Virus record (IMG/VR): IMGVR_UViG_3300013093_000119 | Coordinates: 1 to 37,452 of that record | Length of the DNA: 37,452 bases | Origin: a virus | Lineage: Duplodnaviria; Caudoviricetes | Strand: one strand, 5' to 3' | In this document: positions 1 to 6,134 of the stretch, one piece after another | Position numbering within the stretch: the first letter of the stretch is position 1 | Layout of the letters: the number at the start of each line of letters is the position of its first letter | Translations under genes and position numbers: made by a program | Notes under the pieces: model-generated | Seen by the model: the letters and a program-made list of their open reading frames with translations, nothing else | The model's database searches: none | Told to the model about the DNA's origin: nothing

Positions 1-2174
1 GTAAATATAGATCCATTTGACACGTCTACGTCTGTTCCGTTGAGCAGCTTAACACCGTTTACAAACACGTCTAAGTTATATGGAGTATATCCACCAGAGA
101 CTGTATAGGTAGTTCCTGTTCCGTTAGCAGTATAGTTCTGTCTGACAGGAGCTAGTGCTGCCCAGTATGGGGATGATCCATTGCTTAGTAGAACCTGCTT
201 GTCGGTGCCAATAGAGCCGTTAGCTATAAGGCCTGTATTTGATATCACAACATTACCAGTAAACGTTGCCCCAGAAAGATGTGCAAAGTAAGTGTTTGTA
301 TAAGTGACTGCGTTAGCATATGCTGTAGCAGCATTACTAGTAGCTGCACTTCCTGCATAAGATATAGCATTAGAGTAGGCATTAGCTGCTACTAAACCTG
401 CATATGTGACTGCATTACTATATGCATTGTCAGCATATAAACCAGCATTAAAGACCGCATTGGCATATGCAGTTGCAGAGTGAGAGTCGGCATAGCTAGA
501 CGAATATGTGACTGCATTAGAGTAAGCAGTCGCTGCTGCTGAGTCAGCATATGCGACTGAATTTGTATAAGCATTTGCAGCTGCAAGACTTGCATAAGTC
601 ACTGCATTAGAGTATGCATTAGCAGCTCTATTGTTTGTATATGTAACTCCATTAGAATATGCATTTCCGGCAACATTACTAGCATAAGCTATAGCATTAG
701 AGTATGCATTAGCCGCTGCTAAATCAGCATAAGATACAGCATTAGAGTATGCATTAGCCGCAGCATTTCCTGCATACATTACTGCGTTAGAGTAAGCATT
801 TCCTGCTTTGTTATTTGTATAAGTTACACCATTTGAGTAAGCATTAGCAGCTATTAATCCTGCATAAGTTACAGCATTACTATATGCATTTGCTGCTTTA
901 TCATCCGTATATGCAACTGAATTACTATATGCATTAGCCGCAGCCAAATCTGCATAAGCCGTAGCATTAGAATAAGCTTGATATGAATTTCCCGAAACTA
1001 TATTATCTGCATATGAGGCAGCATTTGAATAGGCATTTTCAGCAACATAATCAGCATAGCTTGTTGCGTTTGCATATGCATTTGCTGCTTTATTATTTGC
1101 ATAAGTGAGAATAGTAGATATACTATTTCCACCAAGATACAGTGCATTATTTGAAGTACCAGAAAATGATGTTGAGTTAACAGTCGAATTTACTGTACTA
1201 TTTCCTACAATAAGACCGGTATTAGATACTATCGTATTTACCGTTGAGTTTCCAACAGATACATGTCCATTGCTGACTTCTACATTGTCTACTGTTAGAT
1301 TTGTTGGAGTAACAGATGAAGTCCAATATATTGATGTTCCATTAGATGTAAGATAGTTTCCATTACCACCAGCAGAACCATTAGCTATAATCATAGTTGA
1401 ATTAATAACTATGTTAGATGTAGAGTTACCTATCTTAATAGAGTTATTAGATATTTCTACATTAACTAGTGAGTTACCTACTGCTAATCTTCCACCAGTT
1501 ATGCTTATAGAGTTTACTGATAAGTCTGACGGTGTTACTGCCGCTGCCCAATAAACACCTGATCCATTTGATGATAAGAATGTACCTGATCCACCAAATT
1601 CACCATTAGCATATATTGGAGTATTATTAGATATATCAATTGCTGTGGTATTAACAAAAAGACTATTAGCTACATTAAGTGTGTTAGATATAACCGCGTC
1701 GACTGAGTTAGTGACGTTTGCGGCCAGAGCAAATACGCTATAGGCTGTAACATTTGTAATAAATGTGTTCTGTACATAGTTATTTGTAGCTACGTAGTCA
1801 CCGTTGACTGCAATAGCAGAACTTGTTATGATACTGTTTACTGTAGAGTTACCAACCTGAATAACCGAACCAAACAGTGCAGCGTTACCCGGCTTGATTA
1901 AGGTATTGGCAGTAGAGTTAGCAATATAGATAGAGCTAGAGTTTACAGTCGTGTTGACTGTACTATTTCCTAGGAATATAGTATTTGATACTACAAGGCT
2001 AGTAAGATTAGACCCAACCTCAAATGCCACAGTTCCGTTCGACGAGAATAACTTCTTGTCTGAAAGATTGAGCGCGAGTTCTCCGGTCTCAATATACTGT
2101 GTATTCGCAGGATCTGCCGTATTAGGGGTACGTCCTGATACAGTAGTCCTTTTAATCCTAATTTTACTAGCCAT
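1..2174 (-). CDS. Tail fibre protein, partial (runs off the left edge; >724 aa; not in the supplied ORF track)
   Basis: ATG at 2174 (MASKIRIKRTTVSGRTP...IETGELALNLSDKKLF), with an N-terminus resembling T4 gp37 (IQFKRS...GELAINL). The same frame is open wherever I translated it, down to position 3 (...YNLDVFVNGVKLLNGTDVDVSNGSIF). Contains three ANGxxGxxxxxLxSNGxxxYW modules and a 15-aa repeat. SD-like AGGGA upstream. Confidence 0.85.
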   Translation of the reverse strand, partial: MASKIRIKRTTVSGRTPNTADPANTQYIETGELALNLSDKKLFSSNGTVAFEVGSNLTSLVVSNTIFLGNSTVNTTVNSSSIYIANSTANTLIKPGNAALFGSVIQVGNSTVNSIITSSAIAVNGDYVATNNYVQNTFITNVTAYSVFALAANVTNSVDAVISNTLNVANSLFVNTTAIDISNNTPIYANGEFGGSGTFLSSNGSGVYWAAAVTPSDLSVNSISITGGRLAVGNSLVNVEISNNSIKIGNSTSNIVINSTMIIANGSAGGNGNYLTSNGTSIYWTSSVTPTNLTVDNVEVSNGHVSVGNSTVNTIVSNTGLIVGNSTVNSTVNSTSFSGTSNNALYLGGNSISTILTYANNKAANAYANATSYADYVAENAYSNAASYADNIVSGNSYQAYSNATAYADLAAANAYSNSVAYTDDKAANAYSNAVTYAGLIAANAYSNGVTYTNNKAGNAYSNAVMYAGNAAANAYSNAVSYADLAAANAYSNAIAYASNVAGNAYSNGVTYTNNRAANAYSNAVTYASLAAANAYTNSVAYADSAAATAYSNAVTYSSSYADSHSATAYANAVFNAGLYADNAYSNAVTYAGLVAANAYSNAISYAGSAATSNAATAYANAVTYTNTYFAHLSGATFTGNVVISNTGLIANGSIGTDKQVLLSNGSSPYWAALAPVRQNYTANGTGTTYTVSGGYTPYNLDVFVNGVKLLNGTDVDVSNGSIF
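295..1103 (-). repeat. About 17 degenerate 45-nt / 15-aa tandem repeats (consensus AANAYSNAVTYAxxx) in the fibre
   Basis: For example gcattagagtatgcattagccgc recurs at 694 and 739 (45-nt spacing); translation gives ADLAAANAYSNAIAY / ASNVAGNAYSNGVTY / TNNRAANAYSNAVTY etc. Confidence 0.9.
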
Positions 2175-2181
2175 CTGGCAT

Positions 2182-2207
2182 CCCTATCAATCGGTAGAAA
2201 CCGAGGG
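2182..2207 (-). promoter_or_regulatory. Intergenic hairpin overlapping the putative RBS of the fibre gene
   Basis: mRNA 5'-CCCT CGGT TTCT ACCG ATTGAT AGGG-3': inner stem (T)CGGT/ACCG(A), and outer CCCT pairs with the SD-like AGGG 7 nt before the ATG. Confidence 0.4.
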
Positions 2208-2423
2208 TTAAAAGTCTTCCTTAGTTGTCTTTGAAGCTTTCTTATTTAAGGAGGCTTCAAGCTTATATATCTGTTGCTTCAGCTCCTCATTATCTGCTGA
2301 TAAGGCCGCTGTGGCTTTCTTAGCTAGGTCGAGTTGAACTTGATATATGATCTCGTTCTTTATCATTAACTCGACTCTAGCCGAAAGTTTTTCAATATAA
2401 AGGTTTACAAATTCTGAATCCAT
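2208..2423 (-). CDS. Small coiled-coil protein between two fibre genes (possible fibre chaperone)
   Basis: 71 aa, heptad-like (LSADNEELKQQIYKLEASL), AGGA RBS; position and character match small proteins found next to fibres in T4-like phages. Confidence 0.75.
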   Translation of the reverse strand: MDSEFVNLYIEKLSARVELMIKNEIIYQVQLDLAKKATAALSADNEELKQQIYKLEASLNKKASKTTKEDF

Positions 2424-2451
2424 GATATAATAGTCCTATTCACTGTTAATA

Positions 2452-5274
2452 TTAGAAGGTACCACCGTCAATTGTATCAGTATACGCTGGCAAGTTATTT
2501 TTAATCATTAGAATCTGATCGTTAGCTGCTGCTATCGGAACAGATAGGGTTGTAAGAGTTGTTGTCGATTCTCCACCACCAGAGTAAGAACCGGAAGCAA
2601 ATATAATATCACCGGCAAGATATGTAGACAATCCAGTACCACCGGAGTTAGCAGGTAGAGCAGAGTCAAGATGTAAAGTATTTGCAGCAATTGCTACGTT
2701 AACTGTGCTATTTGCAGTAATTGTTACGTTTGTAGCATTAGCTGCAAATCCTGCGCCACCAGCAATTCCTGTATCAAGATAAGCTAATAGAGTAGATAGA
2801 TTATATCCACCAGTTTGATTCACAACATATGGTGATGTCATTCCCGGTTCTGTATTTGTTGAATACAGGTGATACACAGCGTGTGTAGCATCTCCGAGAG
2901 TATGATCACGGAATAGACCAGAGTAGTAAGTTGTATTAGCTACATTATATTGACCATAGAAACCAAAGTCAATCAGATCGGCTGCATTATTTGATGCTAG
3001 CTTAAGATTAACATCTGCTATAGCTACTTGTGTAGTGTCAATGGTTGTGAGAGTACCCTGAACTGTCAAGTTACCTGTAATAGTAGCATCACCACTAACA
3101 CCAAGAGATGCAGCGTTAATAGTAACAGCATTAATCACAGAGCCTGGGCCCATATAGAGGCCAAGACTATTAGCAGTTAGATTACCATTTATAGTAAACG
3201 ATGAAGCATTTATAGTGCCATTAGCATAGATATTTGATATTGTAATTGCAGTAGAGTTTACAAATGTGTTAACAGTTGAGTTACCTACACTAAATGTATT
3301 GCTTACACTTACGTCTACGGAAGATCCATAGCTTATCTCTTTTGTACTTGGATTATAGTAGAGGAAAGAGCTAGTCGACTGATTACGAATAGGATCTACG
3401 AAGAAACCAGAAGTTGTAGAGTCAAGTTGTGTTCCGTTTGCATTCAAGATAATTGAATTATTACTCTGGTTACTTACACCAGACATATAACCAATTGCAA
3501 TTGAGTAATTACCTTGATTTTGTTGGCCAGCATAACGTCCTAGTGCAATACCACCTGGTGATTGACTAGTCTGACCAGCACGATGACCGATAGCTACTGA
3601 GTCTTGTCCTTGACCATCTTGACCAGCAGAACGCCCGATAGCTACTGCCTTAATACCCTGACTATTAGCACCAGCATAGTAACCCACAGCTACTGCGCGT
3701 TCGCTCTGTGAGTTTGAACCTGCATAGTAACCAATGGCTACTGCTTGATAAGACTGATTTGCAGCTGCAGCAGAAGTACCTATGGCAACTCTATCACTAT
3801 TTGTATTAGTTTCATCCATTCCAGTGCCGATTATGACACTTGTATTTCCATCATAGATTATAGTATTAGATGTAGTTAATTCGAATTTTACTGTCTTAAG
3901 TTTACCAATTGTATAGTCAAATGTTAAGTTTGCATCAGATGATAAATCTGTTCCATTATTATATTGTACATAGGTATTTGAACCAGAGACTGCAGATACA
4001 TTTGCCCAGTATATAGCACTACCATTGCTATGTAGAGCTTGACCAGCATTACCATATGATCCATCTGCAGCGATAGCTAGAGTATTAATAGTTCCATTTA
4101 CTGTTAGAGTATTCGATGTTACATTAAAAGTTAAGCTAGGATTACCATTGGCATATCCATCTTGATTAAATGTAAGCTCTGTATTTGCTCCTGCAGCTCC
4201 AGCTGCAGGATTATCCCAATAAAGAGCAGAACCATTACTATGAAGAACATAACCATTAGAACCAGTAGATCCGTTTGCATATATACCGGTTGTAAATGTC
4301 GCGGTTCCATTAACAGTAAATGTAGCTAGACTTGTATCAGTCGTTGCAATTGCTACATTACCAGTAGAATCAAAGCGCATGCGCTCGTTAGCAGCCATGA
4401 GACCGCCAGTAAAGATAACAACATTGCTGCTAGTAGCATTTGTACCAATAGCAAGAGCAGCATTTCCAGTATAGATATAACCGGTTGATGCGGGTGTTAT
4501 TGTAGAACTTGCATTTGCATATGTAGAACTGGTAATACCCATATCGATAAAGGTATCATATGATGTATCATCATTATATGCTACCCAGTCAGATGAAGCT
4601 TCATCACCAGTATTTGCGTTTTGTATGGTTGCCTGGATATAATTATTCTGGTTACCTATATTTTCTTGTGTTGCCTGGAGGTCAGTGATATATCCAGTCT
4701 TTACATAAGAAGATGTATTACCTACTCTCAATGTTCCAAGAACATTGTCATAGATCATATTTGGGGCACCAGCAATCGTATTGAAGCCTGACGACTGGTC
4801 ATTATACTGAATGGCTCCATTTGAGCCAGATGATGGGGCACCGTTTGCGTACACACCACCCGAGAGGATCGACGTCTGAACGTAGTGTGCAATCGCGTTG
4901 GCCGTTACGAGCTCATTATTTCCCTGAAGTGCACCGAGTACCGTATTTGAAGTGTTATAGTCAGATACCGAGTTAATTACTAATGTTGGGCTGCTGGTAG
5001 ATGGGCTAATGACCAGTCCAGAGGTGTAGGTATTTGAGATAAATGAGTTACCATCAACAATAACTGCAGCATTTGCTGTTAGATTACCTACAGCTGCTCT
5101 ATCTAGGTAGATATATTGGGCACCACCGATTCTAAAACCGGTACCAGAGATACCAGTTTGTGCACCGACGTAGAGCACGTTTGCTGCGTATGAGTATGCT
5201 AACTCACCACTGACCAATGTATTCGCAGGTGATACGCTGGTATTACTTCTTCTAATCTGGATATAATTGGCCAT
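2452..5274 (-). CDS. Tail fibre / adhesin-like protein, 940 aa
   Basis: N-terminal IQIRRS...GELAY (gp37/Mtd-N-like), ERMRFDSTGNVAI beta-helix motif, AVAIG repeats, GNLTVQGTLTTIDTT motif, C-terminal IDGGTF; AAAGGA RBS. Confidence 0.85.
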   Translation of the reverse strand: MANYIQIRRSNTSVSPANTLVSGELAYSYAANVLYVGAQTGISGTGFRIGGAQYIYLDRAAVGNLTANAAVIVDGNSFISNTYTSGLVISPSTSSPTLVINSVSDYNTSNTVLGALQGNNELVTANAIAHYVQTSILSGGVYANGAPSSGSNGAIQYNDQSSGFNTIAGAPNMIYDNVLGTLRVGNTSSYVKTGYITDLQATQENIGNQNNYIQATIQNANTGDEASSDWVAYNDDTSYDTFIDMGITSSTYANASSTITPASTGYIYTGNAALAIGTNATSSNVVIFTGGLMAANERMRFDSTGNVAIATTDTSLATFTVNGTATFTTGIYANGSTGSNGYVLHSNGSALYWDNPAAGAAGANTELTFNQDGYANGNPSLTFNVTSNTLTVNGTINTLAIAADGSYGNAGQALHSNGSAIYWANVSAVSGSNTYVQYNNGTDLSSDANLTFDYTIGKLKTVKFELTTSNTIIYDGNTSVIIGTGMDETNTNSDRVAIGTSAAAANQSYQAVAIGYYAGSNSQSERAVAVGYYAGANSQGIKAVAIGRSAGQDGQGQDSVAIGHRAGQTSQSPGGIALGRYAGQQNQGNYSIAIGYMSGVSNQSNNSIILNANGTQLDSTTSGFFVDPIRNQSTSSFLYYNPSTKEISYGSSVDVSVSNTFSVGNSTVNTFVNSTAITISNIYANGTINASSFTINGNLTANSLGLYMGPGSVINAVTINAASLGVSGDATITGNLTVQGTLTTIDTTQVAIADVNLKLASNNAADLIDFGFYGQYNVANTTYYSGLFRDHTLGDATHAVYHLYSTNTEPGMTSPYVVNQTGGYNLSTLLAYLDTGIAGGAGFAANATNVTITANSTVNVAIAANTLHLDSALPANSGGTGLSTYLAGDIIFASGSYSGGGESTTTLTTLSVPIAAANDQILMIKNNLPAYTDTIDGGTF
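3440..3845 (-). repeat. Eight 16-aa (S/A)VAIGxxAGxxxQxxx repeats (YadA-head-like beta-roll)
   Basis: RVAIGTSAAAANQSYQ / AVAIGYYAGSNSQSER / AVAVGYYAGANSQGIK / AVAIGRSAGQDGQGQD / SVAIGHRAGQTSQSPG / GIALGRYAGQQNQGNY / SIAIGYMSGVSNQSNN, preceded by a degenerate SVIIG copy. Confidence 0.85.
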
Positions 5275-5290
5275 CTAGTTTGTTCCTTTT

Positions 5291-5488
5291 TTAAAAAACT
5301 CCGCCATCCAGCACAATGACTTTCAGGTCTATAATTTTCACCTCATATTTATTCGTTTCATCATTCCAAACTAAGACACCGCCATCTGGAGGGTTATGCT
5401 CTGATACATCGAGAAGCTCGTGTACATATTTGTGTTTTACTTCATTGGTGGTATTTACTTTTGCAGCCTGTCCATCGATCTCTGCCAT
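5291..5488 (-). CDS. Small virion/fibre adaptor protein ending in LDGGVF (paralog of 5498-5764)
   Basis: 65 aa; YVHELLDV...GGVLVWNDETNKYEVK...LDGGVF; GGGGA RBS. Confidence 0.75.
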   Translation of the reverse strand: MAEIDGQAAKVNTTNEVKHKYVHELLDVSEHNPPDGGVLVWNDETNKYEVKIIDLKVIVLDGGVF

Positions 5489-5497
5489 GAGTTTCCC

Positions 5498-5764
5498 CTA
5501 AAAAGTACCGCCATCCAATATTTGGTTAGATATTTCAATTGGTTTTATCTCGTATTTATGTGTATTTGCATTATAAACAAGTGTAGCACCGGCAACTAAA
5601 TCCGTTTCTACAACATCCATTAGATTATGAATATAGTCTTGCACAACAGGGGTTGTTTTTAACGAAGTGGCTTGTTGGGAAGCACCCGCTGCAGTGGCTG
5701 TTAAAGCTGCAGTGTTTGCCCTAATTGCCGGTGCAGTTGTAGCTAGTCTTACCTGTACTGCCAT
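5498..5764 (-). CDS. Small virion/fibre adaptor protein ending in LDGGTF
   Basis: 88 aa; YIHNLMDV...GATLVYNANTHKYEIK...LDGGTF; tightly packed in the operon. Confidence 0.75.
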   Translation of the reverse strand: MAVQVRLATTAPAIRANTAALTATAAGASQQATSLKTTPVVQDYIHNLMDVVETDLVAGATLVYNANTHKYEIKPIEISNQILDGGTF

Positions 5765-5774
5765 ATTTTAATCT

Positions 5775-6122
5775 TTATGGTGTATTTGCATAGTCTGATA
5801 GGGATGTTACCTTAGGTGTAACTGTTATAATACCTTCAATAACACGGGTAACTGCATTTGCATGGTCTACTAGTGCTAGGTCATAAACATATCTACCTGG
5901 ATCCAATATATCAGTTTGATCCGGGGTTAGAGCTAAAGTTACTGAACCTAGGGCTAGAGTGACATTAAAATTGGTATGTGCGACTGAGCTGTACCATTTT
6001 CTGATCTGTGCATACCCCGTATAGGCTGTTAAGTCTAATGGGTTATTTGCAGCATCAGACATGGCGATAGATGTACTAAACGACGTTCCTTGGTCGATAG
6101 TTATATTAGCCTTCATTGCCAT
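5775..6122 (-). CDS. Conserved T4-like virion structural protein (BppU-N/Ig-like adaptor)
   Basis: ANITIDQGTSF...DLTAYTGYAQIRK...PGRYVYDL...RVIEGIITVTPKVT motif set; AGGA RBS. Confidence 0.75.
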   Translation of the reverse strand: MAMKANITIDQGTSFSTSIAMSDAANNPLDLTAYTGYAQIRKWYSSVAHTNFNVTLALGSVTLALTPDQTDILDPGRYVYDLALVDHANAVTRVIEGIITVTPKVTSLSDYANTP

Positions 6123-6134
6123 GGGTGTTTATCC

